A stretch of 63,766 bases of DNA, filler included, from Craspedostauros australis (lineage: Eukaryota): the NCBI GenBank assembly GCA_030167865.1. It is 7 parts of 7 records of this genome, joined end to end, with 100 filler letters (N's around TTAATTAATTAA, not from the genome) between each part and the next. Parts side by side here need not be neighbours in the genome. Positions count along the whole stretch, not along the records: positions 24,558 to 48,086 come from JALAGF010002477.1; positions 48,187 to 50,462 come from JALAGF010002478.1; 5 more parts are not named here. The stretch is one strand, 5' to 3'. A program made the position numbers and the translations under genes. Below are positions 37,401 to 50,462 of this stretch, one piece after another. The notes under the pieces are model-generated. The model saw nothing but the letters and a program-made list of their open reading frames with translations. It did no database searches and was not told the DNA's origin. Position 1 is the first letter of the stretch, and the number at the start of each line of letters is the position of its first letter.

Positions 37401-39664
37401 GAAGCAATCCACCCCAGCAGTAATGGCAGCAGCACATCTCCAAGATGCCCCACCATCACACGAATTTAACACAACACATGAAAAGCAGGCAAGCAAGCAA
37501 ACAATACAACGTACTCGATAAGCGCTTGCAGCTGTCCTTCCCACGGCGTGACGGGAGAATCACCTCCGCTCTTCGATCTGCCGGTGTTGTACGTGACGCC
37601 CAAACTCTCTGGATTAACGATTTGCAACGAGAGTGCTGGGGCTGACTTCACGGGTGTTGCCGATACTGGTTGCGATGATGATGCAACTTGACGGCCCGAG
37701 GTATCATCGGGCTGCGTCACTGCGCGTGGTGGAGTGACGTTGGTGGACGCAGCCGAGGATGATCTCGGAGCGGCAACTTGATTTGCGCCAGCGGATGAGT
37801 CGGGTTTGATGACTGCCGGTGCTGCAGACGAGGTGGATATTGGTGGTGGTGTCGCCGCGCCTGCATCGGCAGACTTCAGGATATTGGCAGCACGTTGCGA
37901 TATGCTGGACGAGTGTGCCATCGCTGTCTTGTGCGCTCCGGCGCGCTCCTCCCTGGTTCTGGCCAACGAGAAGAACCCTCCGTTGCCGGATGACGTGGAA
38001 GATGCTACTCCGGCCAACAACTTCGCTGCAGCAATCTCCGCAATTTTTCGCTTGCCGCAAGCAGCAGGGGAAGGCTCCGGGAATGGATTGCGTCGCAAGG
38101 ACGAGGTGGCATCAGGTGCGACGATTGAGATGCCAAAGTTGGGTGTGCGGTGCTGGCCCGCTGTTGATGGCGGGTATGTCTTGCTGGCATCTGCAGCAGG
38201 CGCCGTCGAGAATGCCGAAGCTTGCGTCGACAGTTGGAATGTCGTCCCTGCACCGACAGCTGGTGCAGCGGGCGCAGGGCCGGCGGACGATGGCTTGACC
38301 TTGCTACTTGTGGATCCGGCCAAATTCGAAATGAGCTGTGCCGCAGATGTGACGCTGGACTGTCGATGCGGACTCAAGTGGCTTCGAGAAGGCACGACGA
38401 CAGGAATGCCAAGCGAATTGGCCGTGGTGAGGCCCGTCAGGACCTTCGGTGGGTTCTTCGCGATGCTAACTGGCGTATACTTCGAGATGGGAACAGCAGG
38501 TTCTGCGGATCCGGGCGATTTCTTTTGCGACGAACCGCCGCTTTTCTTCATGCGCTTGTTGGGTGACGCGATGGAGAGTCCGCCGTTGTCGTTGGGCTGT
38601 CCCAGCCCCGCTGGCACCGCCGTCCCCATCTGAACGGACGCAACCTCTTCGCCGGATTGCTTTGCCTTTTGCAGCTTTTGGAAGTACTTCTGCGCGTGAG
38701 TGCGCGTTTGGACGACGGTGCGCGTTTTCACCTTCGCTGCGACCTTCTTCCATTCCTTCCCGTACATGTTGAGGGCCATGAGGAACTTATTGTGCTCCTC
38801 CTGCGTCCAGCGTCCAGTCTGCTCATGTCCAGTCTCCACCACCTTGCCGGGAGTGTTGGGATCGAACTTCGGATTGGATGCGTGGTACGGCCTGCCGCTG
38901 GAGTTGGTGCCTCCAGTGGTCGACGCCGAGATGGAGACAGTGAGACCGCCGCCGCCACCACCACCGCCGCCCTCCTCGTCGCCTCCCTGATGCTTCGATG
39001 CATGCGGTAGGCGCTTGCGGTTGTGTCTGCGTTTCTGTTTGCTGATTGCCGGTGCCATGCTGGTGGTGGTTGCTGGTTCGTTGCGGGTTGTGACATCTGT
39101 CATGCGAAGGTCCTGGTCTTGATCGTACACATGCTGCGCGATGTAGGAACGCACTGGGTCATTCTCTATGGAATGCCTTGCACCAGTCAACCTGGCGTCT
39201 GCCGCATTGCTGTCGTGGCTATTTGCGGGTGGCAACGCGCCTCCTTTGCCGTTGGTGAGGTCGAGGAATTGCGTGTGCTTTGGTCGCTGCGCGCCGGATG
39301 AAGGCGCTCTTGACACTGGTGCTCCGGCAGCTGATAACGCCGGTGACGTGATGGTGCCAATGGGTACCAACGTTACAATTGCCGTTGGTCCCGGAGCCGC
39401 CGATGTTGGTTCGGTGTCCATTGCTGGTGGAGTTGGTGCTGAATTTGTTCCCACGGTGTCCGTATCATCGGTGCTGTTGCCATCATCCTTCCCCGCCTCG
39501 GCTTTGCTGACGGATCTATTGTTCACGTGGAAGTAGTCGGTCGATCCTGCGGGTGCGTTGGTGTTCTGCGCATCGGCCGTTGCACCCATCCTGGCGGCAG
39601 CCGCAGCTGCGTCAAGGCTTGTGAATGCAGTGATGCTTGCATGTTCTCCGTGTGATTCGCTCAT
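34468..39664 (-). CDS. MYB(THAQKYF)-ankyrin-histone deacetylase multidomain protein; exons 39664-37515, 37230-36722, 36377-34468 (about 1522 aa)
   Basis: MYB GRWTQEEH...RTHAQKYF; ankyrin GYVPLHSAA, GNTPLHWAC, GETPLHWAM; HDAC RPPGHHAG, GFCIFNNVA, DIDIHHGNGT, SAGFD, LEGGY. Both GTACGT...AG introns preserve the frame (4569 nt in total). Confidence is high for each domain and moderate for the MYB-to-ankyrin junction. Confidence 0.78.
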
Positions 39665-42600
39665 TGTTTCGGAAGTGTGCGAGTGCGAAGAGAGTCAATT
39701 GTTCTGGCTGGCTGCTCCTGGTGATGTCGATGATAGAGGCAATGACGACGATAACGACGGCGGTGCGGTTCCCCTTGAAGGTTGGATCTGGAGGCGTGAA
39801 TGGAATGCGCGTGGACCAAAATAGTAGAGTGTAGTGTTAGTGCACCTGTGTTGCGGATGAATGGTTGTGAACGAGGGGGAGAATGGAATGGAATAGAATA
39901 GAGTGGAGTCAATAGGAATACAAACAGGGTGTGCACGTGTGCGTGATGAGAAGAGAGTGTGAGCAGAACGGCGATTTGTAGATGTTGCACATGAGCACCA
40001 TTCCTGAAACTTCGCATTGAATGAATCTTCGCAGGCACATAGTAGGCGTTGCACAAGGATGGAACATGGTGGTGCTGCGTGCAATCGAATGCCATGACGT
40101 TGGCAGAGTTCGAATCGAAGTGTGACTGAGGGCGACTTTGTCGGGGCAGGCATTGGTGGGTTGCTTGTCGTCATCCTCGACAAGCGTGGGTTGCTCGTGA
40201 CGGTCATTGAATTAATGGACGACACGACTTTGGAAGCCCTTTCGAAGGTCTTTGGAAGGAGCACATCTCCATTCCCTGATCGAGGTCATCATGATGGCAA
40301 CGGCCGCATTAGTGCAGTGGTCTGCGCAATTATGCACCTGCTCTGTGGTGTGGTATGGTATCATCGCGTCCAGTTGGAAACGCGCCAATGGAACCGCTTG
40401 CATGTGCGCAACTGCGCCATTTTGGCGCCATCTGCATCTCGGTGTTTGACCTTTGGATGGCAGAGCGTTGCTTTCTCTCTTCCACTGCTGCTAAAGGTTG
40501 CAACAGCAGGTAGATGATGAATCGATGATTGTCTTTGCGTTGGTGTTGCGGCTTCTGACACTGTTGCCAGTGCCAGTGCCGGTATCCATGCCATGATGCT
40601 TCCTTGCCTTTGGGTGTTCGCCCCTCCCGTTGCCATCTTCGCAGTCTTCTTCTCGCCATCCACGATCACAAAAACACCATCACCCGCGAACTCACAATCG
40701 ATGCTGGTGCTCGAATCTTGACAATGTGCGTCCTTGCCAATGACGTGCAGACTGCTGTCGACCGATGCTGTTGACTGTCAAGCGATGATGGCAATGACAC
40801 TCACGATGGCAGCGACGATGACAATGTCGGTAATCTTTCTGGTATGGCGCGTCGTGAAGCTGAGATGTTTCTGTTTGGTTGGTGTGATGTGAAGGTGGCG
40901 ATGTCTTGTTGCGGTTGCAGTTGGTGTTGCAGTTCTTGCTGTTTGTTGATGGCGAAGGCATCGCCGCTGCAACAACCAGGTGCGCGGAAGAAGTTGGCTC
41001 TGCCGGCAAAACAAGGGCTCTTTCGCGCCGTCTCCAGAGTATCTTTCGAAGAGACACGACAGAAGACACCGAGCCGGCGTGGCATGTGCTTCGCGACAGC
41101 CTTCTGCTTTTTGTCATTGATTCGCAATGTGTATGCTTCCATTGGTCCGTTGTGTGTCGCTGCGACAAATGGAGTGTTCAGAGGACTGTCGCATTGCCGT
41201 TCCATGCCGTGTTTGATGTTCGTCTGGATGAAGTTTCTGAGCCGTATTCGTCTGTCCGTGTATACGTTTTTCTCCGTGCATCTCGCCAAGATGCGAAAGA
41301 TACAGAGCGAAAGATACCAAGATTCTTCCTCTGGTCGTGAGATGGAATGCACCACTCAACGCACACAAGTGGTTGTGGTGGCGAAAACGCAACCACACCA
41401 CAAGGAGACAAAGGGAGAGGGAGAGACCTTTTTTCTGTTGCCGATGTTGTCTGTGACTTCATTCGTTGTTCTGTTCGTGGCGTGTTCATCATGTGGCTGC
41501 TCCTTTCTTTGTTCGGTTTCTGATTCCCCCTTGGTGCGCGTTCGTTTTCTGTTCTTTGCTCAACCGTCCTTGCTTGTTGTGTGTGGGCGGGGTGCGCCAA
41601 GTCACCGCACGGTTCTTCTTGTCTCATCTTGGTCCGTCTCCAACGGTACCTGGGTTGCGCACCATCGTCGCCACCAGCATCGATATCACCCATGCCTGCA
41701 CCTCCCACCACGCGCCGCTCAACTGTTGCCCGCTGCTGCGGTGCAAGAATGGCATGTTCACACCTCCTCGGATGGTGTCGAATCGATTGGAGTACCACCT
41801 CAAACACATTCTCCCTTACCTTTTCTTTCTGCCTCTCTTGGGTGATGGATATTTGATGCGGAAGGAAGATCCGGATCCAAGAGGCGTATCTTTCCTGGCG
41901 ACCTTCGGCTTTTGTTGATGATGCCTTTGATTTTGACGTGTGTGCTTGTTCGGGATGTGATCTTGTTTGCCTTCGTGTGCTTGTGTGAATGGGCTTGGAT
42001 TTGTTTTCGTCTTCACATGCGCACCGTTGCGTGCTGTGTCTGTCTGCGTGGGTACGATGTGATGTGTGTGCGAGGATGCGAACGCGCGCACGTGATCTCG
42101 CGTTGGTTCGGTGATGATCTCGTGTCAGCGGTCTTGGTTCGGGTTTCTGTGGGGAAGTTGTCCAATTGAAATTCTTCGAATTCTGCACGACCGCTTTCGT
42201 CGTGTCACATTCACATCACGGAAAAAGGTGTCAACTGTGAAGCAGTCATGGGAGTCGATCAATCAAACTCATGACTTGTGAGTCACGATACATACTTCAG
42301 CGATGCCAACACCACGATTGATATTTGTTAAGCCCAAAGGTGCCGTCGCGTGTCCCATGTAACCTGTTGGGAATGATGGAGATCATGAATGCCAACAACG
42401 ACGAGCACGGCCCCGCGCAACTCCGAAAACACAAATCGTCGGGCATCGCTGCTTGGTTGACTTGACATTTGTTTGGAAATGCGTTGCGCTTTTGCCGTTA
42501 TCGCATTGGGAACTGATTCAAACGTCACAATTGCCAATCTTGTTGCGACAAATCGACACAATAAATTCGTGCTGGGCGCAAGTTGAGGGAATGACCAACA

Positions 42601-43213
42601 ATCAAGGCACACAAAGTTGCGTCCGCACACCAAACAAAACAAACGCGGGAGAACGCTGACATCAATCACGAGAGGGACCGCAACAGTTAAGCGCTGACAG
42701 AATCTCTTCGTGTGAACACAAGACGCACACAACAACGCGGAAATGACAAACTCAACCAAGATCCGCTTCACAATTTCAGTAGCCGGAGTGCGCGATCGTC
42801 CATGTCACGTCATTCATCGTGCTGCATCGCCTTCCTGCCGGCGGTTGTTGCTACACAGCGCCTTCCATCCTCGATCGCACACGGACATCTGAGTGCGAAC
42901 AAACACTCTCATCTCCGAACGAGATCAAGAATCCCTCCATAAATTCTGCTTTGCTGCGAAGTATTCAGATCACACACGCACAAGTCAACACCAAGCAAGA
43001 ATCCGAGCCCCTCAACCTGTACCATTCCATAATTCTGACCAGCCTCCATCTCGACTATCGACGATCTGCGCAGTCCTTGAAACCCCAGACGCCACCATTC
43101 TCACAGAGTCCAATCGCCCAAGACACGATCATAGAGCAGCCGAGCCACACCACAGTCACCAACCTTTCTCCAAGAGCAACAACAGCAACCACAACAGCAA
43201 TCGAACGTCCATC

Positions 43214-45254
43214 ATGGTGAAGAGCCCAACAAGCATCACCGCGAACATCTTCGAGGACCCTGAGGCCAGGAAGTCCTTGGACAACAGCTTCAGCTGGGCA
43301 GCCAACGATGCTCCCGTCGGATCCCCTGCATCGTCTCCCACCTCGTCTCCTGCGCAATCGTATCCACATTCCCCAGGTGCTAACGCAAGGAAGGTTTCCT
43401 CGCTTGTGCAGCGATGGAACACAGACAACAAGCCAGGCAACAATGGTGGAAAGAAGAATGGAGCTGCCGTCGATAGGTTCCGCAGATCCAAGGACGCGAC
43501 ACCGAAGAGCCCGGCGAAGAAATGGCAAAAGGTCGAAACGGGCAAACCAGTGGCCGCAAAGAAGACATCGCACGTGTATGGCGCCGCATCTCCCAAGCCA
43601 TACGTTGGCGACAGCGCAGCAGCACCCATCGTCTCGCCTTCGGCCAACAAGAGCTTCGCGAAGGCCCAATCCGCATTGGTGCCACCGCCCTTCACACCAA
43701 CATCCAAGGCGAAGTCCAGCAGGCGATCATCCCTGTCATCCGCAACGACCGCCGGCTCCAAATCATCCAAAGCCAAATCCAAGTCGTCGCACGATAGCTC
43801 TGCTCTCAAATCGCATCACAAGAACGCGCAGAGTCGCAAGAGCAAGCAGAACGATGACGTGCTGAAACAACCGCAGCACCGCCGCAAATCCCAGACAAAA
43901 GCCGTTGCCACAACCATTATGGCGAGCCCCGCCAGAAGCCCCAAAGACAAGGCCCTCGCCCGCGCTCAGAGGAAGCGCGAGAAGGAGGAGTTGAAGGAGG
44001 AGCAGCTGCGACAAGCCCGCATGCTCAAGATGCGACTGCGCATCAAGGAAATCAAGGACAGGATCAACACCCTCCAGGACGAGCGCTCGCAGCGTCCCAA
44101 GCAGGAGAAGAAGCGCATGAAACAGGAGAAGCTATTGGAGCGAAACCAGACGAAGGTGTGACGTCACGACGGGATGGCAACAGCATTAGAGTCAAACGAG
44201 TCAAACGAAAAGATAGGCTCAACAAGGAACCAAGCAACAAAACAACCGGTTGTGTGCTGACAGCAACAACAGCAGCAGCAACAGCAGCAACAACAGCAAC
44301 AACAGAAACAGCAACAACAGAAGACATAAGTCGACTTCAAATAAGACCAACATCGTAGTTACAACAAACCAACATCATCTACTGTGGATTCTGAGTTAGT
44401 TCTAATAGAAGCAGCTGTATCGGCAGCACATCATCCGCACGTACTACCCGGAGCTCAACCCCTCTGCCAAGGCCACGAAGGACAGGGAGAAGCTCGTGCA
44501 CGAATCGACGCAGCTCATCGCCTACCTGCGCAAGGACAACGAGACGCTGCGCACGCAGGTGCAGGTCCAGTACCGCAAGCAGATCCAGGAGATGACCGAC
44601 TCCAACAGGGCCCTCGAGGCCACGCAGGCCAACATGAAGAAGTCCTACGAGCAGCTGCAGCAGCATGTCGCCGGCCTGGAGAAGCTGCAAGGCCGGTTGA
44701 AGAACAAGTGCGACATGCTCAGGGATCAGTTCCTCAAGCACAAGCGCGAGCTGCAGAATCGTGATCGATTCCTGCGTCTCGAGGAACGCTCCGCGCTGCG
44801 TTACCAGTCGGCCATCGTGAAGGTGAGCCGCCGCATCGAGCACCGAGCCCAGCAATCCATGCAGAAGAGGCTGTCCAATTCCAGGATCCAGGTCCCGCCG
44901 TCCCCCAACACCCCGCCATCGCCGTTCACCGCCAAGAGCCGCAAGCACAGGGAACATTCGCGCCGCGCGCAGCAGCTCGTCAGCTGGCTGGCCAGCACCA
45001 TCGCCGAAGGTGAGAACGAGGCAAACCAGATGACGGATCTGGCCATGAGGAGGAATGACATTCCCCAAAACAAGCGCCTGCGCTCCAAGACGCTGATCAC
45101 CGATGCATTGCGGGATGGCAGCACCTTTCCATCACCAGCCACTTCCATGCAATCCAGGTACTACGTCGACCAATTCGCCGACAGCAGCCTGTCCAGCAAC
45201 AGCGACAGTGATTACGATAGTGACAGCGACAGCGATTCGGATGCCGACGATTGA
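43214..45254 (+). CDS. Hypothetical coiled-coil protein; exons 43214-44155 and about 44409-45254
   Basis: Phase-0 donor AAG|GTGTGA and a TAG (44408) or CAG (44414) acceptor in frame; heptad-rich central region; the intron contains a CAG/CAA microsatellite. Confidence 0.6.
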
Positions 45255-48186
45255 TGACCTGGGTCGCACAGCAAGACGATTGACAGCGTTGTCATGAATC
45301 CAATCCAATACTTCATATCATGCCAATTCAAGACATACCTCCACCTTACAGTTTAGAATACTTACACATAGCACACACGCACACACACACACGCTAAGTG
45401 CGTGTTAACAATCAATCCTCCGTATTCATGGAATGCGACGCATGTCATGAGGTCCCAACAAGCAGCAGCCGGAAAGAGAGCCTCGCATAGTCGTGCTTGC
45501 AGCATTGTCCAACAATCACCTCCTCGTCTTGCCTGCACAAGGTCCTCGGCATCTCATCGCATGAGAGATCACAAGCCATGACGCAAAGAGGGAAGGGAGC
45601 ATTGCGGAGACTCCAACATTCGTGTGCCCCTGCAATCACCGTTGATGACTTCCATCGACATCTTCCCACCTGTTGTACTCGTATGAGTGCAATACGAGCT
45701 ATTATACTTGCTTGCGTGCGTCTTCTGAACAGTTCATGATCTGTCGCATGGGTGCCCATCGACACATGCGACGTTTCCTCTCAGAGACAACACACAAAGT
45801 GGAAGAATAGATGCAAGAGGAGGAGCCGGATGGAGATTGTGGCGAAGCGAGAGGCGTGACTTGAGTCGTGGAAAATAACAAGGTGATTGACCAATAGGAC
45901 CAAGTTTTATGCACGACTTGGATTCCCATCACCTCACAATTTGTCAAACAACAAAGAACAAACCAACACGCGCCATTCTGATGCGACACAAAGCACCTTG
46001 TCGCAAATGGACGACGTGGCCACCACATCGTGGCCACCACACAGATGGTAAATGCTGAGATGATGCGATACGATGTGATGCCATGGGACACTTGAACGTT
46101 CCATGCGAGTATGGATACAAAGTGAATGGATCCATGGAGTGGTATCTTTGTGTTGCACTTCATTGAGTTGCGTCGTATTGTTTGATCTACCGTACGTGGC
46201 CACGGATGACGTCTCCCCCATGCTCATGATACGGCTCGTACTCACGCGTCCATAGCACTCTATGTACTCGACACTGTTGCAACGTCAATGCAATTGTTTG
46301 CAATCTTGGAGGTGTCAGCAAAACGTGATCTGGATCCACGGAGGTGGCGTAACACGTCAGTGAACCACAATTTGCTGCCACAATGATCGCAGGTTGGTGG
46401 TGCTACCGACAATGTCAACAACAGAAGGGATGATGGACAACAACGGAAAAGGTGACGGATCCACAGATGGTCAACCGTGGCGTGCTGTTCGACAAAGATG
46501 CTCTCTGTTCTTCGCCATTTCGGGTATGAATAGATTGCTTAAGCACGTGTACAGGATACGCAGAACATTCGTACAAGTGCATCCGTACCATGCCATGCAA
46601 CTCCTTCCATGATGTTCTCGTTCGCGTTCCTATCTTGACTGTCTGGTTGGTGCTGTTGATGCTGTTGATGATGACGGAAATTGTGGACCACGAGCACGAG
46701 CACGAGTACGAGTACGAGTGCGTTGCTCTCTTGCGTATGTGGAAGAACTTCAAGCCACGCTGCTTTGTCCATGCCTGATTGGCTCTCCACAGCCCTCTTC
46801 CTTGACACCATCCGTTGACGTGGAGACATGGTAACACCTCAGCAACGAAGCACCTGCGACTTCTTGTGCAGAGGGAGATTAACATCTGCGGACCTTCCCG
46901 CCGAAGACCAGGCTTCAAGTTGTCGGTGAACAGGCAGTGAACATCCGGATCCATGATGTGGGGTCGTTGTTCATTGTCTGGTGACACTTATGCTTCCACC
47001 ACCCCAGCTTCGCCAGGAAGGGAGAGGCAGCGGACACTGCGCGGAGGCGGTTCTATCCATCTTCAGACATGGCGATCCTTGTCGTGGACGCAAAGTTCGT
47101 GGAGGTTAGGTTTCTGGTTGTATTCCGCCCCACTTCGGTTGGCCTCGTTTGTTGTCAACCAAAAACAGTTTGTTGCTATGTTGCCTAAGCATAGTGCATC
47201 GCTCTTCGTTCGAATCTGGCGCATGGTGCACCATAGCAATAAGTGTGTGCAGACCTCACCGTGTTTGGTGCCGTGCCTTTCGTGCCGCTTCTATGACGTG
47301 CGCCCTTGGTTCTTTGTAGAAAATCGGGCTCTGATCGTACTATACCTACTCTGCGAGCTGTGCTTTCGACAAGAAGCTGGCCGAGTGCCCCATCTCGGCC
47401 ACCTCTCCTTGTCACTCGGAACTATTTGGGTCGAATTTCTCGGGAGACCAGAGATGGGCAAGGTTGTACGGCATCGCACGAGAATGGCCGGGTGCAGACT
47501 CTCTGGAACCTGCTCTACTATACTCTGTTGTAGTGTGCAAACAGTTCCATTTCCTACTCTTCACGAACAGAGTGGAGGAGGAGGAGACTGCTCCAATTAG
47601 GACCCCATTCAGGGTACAATCGTACGATCCTGCCGATTTTTTATCGGACAACATTACTTTATTAGCACATGGTGTAGCTTGTTGTCGCATAGGCTTAGAT
47701 ATTTTTAGCTGGCTTCTACGACACAAATACCTGGCTGACTTGTCCTCATCGTGGACGAAAATGATGACGTCATTGACGGTCAATGTCAGACTGCGATGGT
47801 ATCGAACGGTGTGGATGGCGATGTTGTGGCAGATTCGGCGCCGCGTTGATTCCTCGCGTCGTTTTGGGTTTGGCTTGGTGAGGGGTTGCCTCCTTTGTTC
47901 GTGTTGTGCCATGGAGCACGGCGATGGTGGTGGCATCCCTACACGTCCACTTCCACGTCCACAACAATAGCAACACTTGCGAATACTACACAACATAATA
48001 ACATATATTGTAATACAATATGGTGGAATGGAGCACAGTGACTTCTCCTTTGGTCTGCAAAATAGAATTTGATTTATCACTTGTTANNNNNNNNNNNNNN
48101 NNNNNNNNNNNNNNNNNNNNNNNNNNNNNNTTAATTAATTAANNNNNNNNNNNNNNNNNNNNNNNNNNNNNNNNNNNNNNNNNNNN

Positions 48187-48535
48187 CGGGCGGTTGTTGG
48201 CACTGGAGGAACTCCACCTCGACTACAATGGGCTCACAGGCGCGTTGCCATTTGAAATTGGTGATCTGTCTCAGCTTGTTTCCGTCTCCGTTTCAGGAAA
48301 CTCCATCAACGGGGAGGTCCCGCCCCAATGGGGGAATCTGACGAACTTGCACAGCCTTCGATTGGAGGAGAACTCGATCACAGGCAACCTCACCGAAATG
48401 TTTTGCGATGGATCATTCCAATTCTCTTTGTTTAGTTCAGACTGCAAGGAACCGGACGACGGCATCTTGCCTCCAGAGACCGATTGCACATGCTGCACGC
48501 TGTGTTGCGACCGAACTGATTTCTGCATCCGCTAG
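48187..48535 (+). CDS. C-terminal fragment of an LRR receptor-like protein
   Basis: Plant-type LRRs (LEELHLDYNGLTGALPFEIGDLSQL; LHSLRLEENSITG) and a Cys cap DC...CTCCTLCC. Confidence 0.85.
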
Positions 48536-49453
48536 AGAGTGATGAGCGGCAGAGCGTACAAGTGGGGGCAAGTCGGAGGAGGAGATAGGGAAGACCGCTC
48601 AACAAGCTTCCTTCCATGATCGACTCGCAGCACTTTGCTCTGTGGCATGTCATTACAAATGGAAGCACTCACTATACGCATGAGACGATGAGCTACACAA
48701 AGAAGAGCCATTCTTTTTACGGTACTGATCAGCTAACACTTCGAGCATGCGTTCCAGAGAGTACCAGCTGGTGCGGTATCCGTAGTTGTTGTGTGCTCCA
48801 AATGAAAGTGAAAGTGGCTTGGTTTGTGTCTCAGCTTCACCGGAAGGAACTGTTTGGCATCGTCGCGTCGCTCCCGTCTTCCGCGCCAACGCCAGCGACG
48901 TCGAGCGCCCTTCGACAAACAATTCAATTGTCGCCACGAAGAAGTGGCTCTCGTCAAACACAACCTACCCTGTCATGACAAAATGCATGTAGTCATCAGC
49001 ATCACGATGCAGAGTGATCAATCACTCCCTTCAGAAAGACTTAACCGTCAGAATAGCTCATAGTGGTACAATATTCTTACAACATGCGTATACATGGCTT
49101 CTGTGTGGGTTTATCGCTGCAGTCTTCGTGACAAACTTTTGTCAAAAGTCACATGACTGCGCTGTTCGACTTGATGGCGAAGCGGATCGGCTGCTGCGCA
49201 GGCTTTTTCCGCATTGTTTCGGCATCGTGCACAAAAGCAAACCACCACACAACACCAAACACCAACAATGGCAATTCCTCCCGCCATCTTTCGTCGAAGT
49301 TGCGAAGTTCTCCCGGAGAGCTTTGAGGTCTCAGAATGAGTTGTTGTGCACATCTGATTCCGAATCAGTCACAACTCGTCTCACATCACACCAGGGTCAA
49401 GAGACATCGAAGGCCGCCACCACAGCAACAACAAGGAGGAGATACTATCAGCG

Positions 49454-50462
49454 ATGGAAGTCAAACAAATAGCAACAAAGAGCCCCGACGATGACAAGAA
49501 GCGACAGGGCAGGCGCAAGAAGGCAGCCAATAACGACCACAGCCATGTGAAGACCCCTGACGATCGCCAGCTGCCAAGCGTGGACATCGTCCCAGGATCG
49601 CACAGATCGACGCCAGAAAGGATGAGAAACGAGACCGACAACGTCATCACCGCTGATGTCACGGATGATCAGAAGCCTCCGTCTCGGCGTCGGCAGGTGC
49701 TCATCAGCCGAGACAGGAACCGCCGCAACGGCACATCAGCCGAGTTCAGTTCCACTGCTGACGCTGATGCCAAGGCAAAGGCCAGAGCCGCAGCGCTACG
49801 TGCCGCTGCTGCGACCCGCCCGAGCGATCCTTCCTCGCCGGGCGTTGGTCATTTTTGTGCGATTGGATCGGAGCAACCAAACTCGTCATCATCGCTGCTG
49901 CGACCGGGCGCCGTGCCTTTCTCGGGCGATCAATCCGCAAGGCAAGGTGCCGGAGAGTCAGAAGCTACGGGTTCATCCAGCATGGCCTACAGACTGTCTC
50001 AGAAGGTCGGGGCTGTCCCAGCACCCCCTCACACCTCCACGACGGCTATCGACGGGCCGCCCGTCAATGGCAAGCGCGATGTGACCGAATTCGGCTTTCC
50101 TCAGGGCGTTCGATCACCGCGACACAGCCCCCACCCCAACAGTTCCACCACATCCAACCGCAGCGGAGAGGAAATCCACCAGGATGAAGAGGAGCTGTTG
50201 CAGCTTGTGGATGAAGCAAAGCAGACTGCGCCATATCAACCAGGATTCGTTCGGACCGGTGACAACTTTCGTGAATCAATTGGATCGACCTCTTCTTTCG
50301 GCCTTGCTCGCACACCACCAGCCTCAGCGATGCACCAGCATGCGCCATCTAACACCCCTACCACCTCCACGAGCCCAGCCGAAGACCACGCCCCGGTTGC
50401 CATTCCCATCACAGACCAACTGGAGGCAAACGAAGAGGACATGGAGGACCGCATCAAGGAAC
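49454..50462 (+). CDS. N-terminal disordered part of a probable second LRR receptor-like protein (cut by a gap)
   Basis: Open frame up to the gap; PGAV/PGVG/PGFV and PVAIP motifs resemble the cytoplasmic N-termini of diatom TM-LRR proteins. The family assignment is inferred. Confidence 0.5.

Noticed and set aside
39695..42188. Several 150-336 aa ORFs upstream of the MYB-HDAC gene
   Set aside because: No domain signal, overlapping ORFs on both strands and low-complexity CA/TG-rich composition; a spliced gene cannot be excluded but could not be built.
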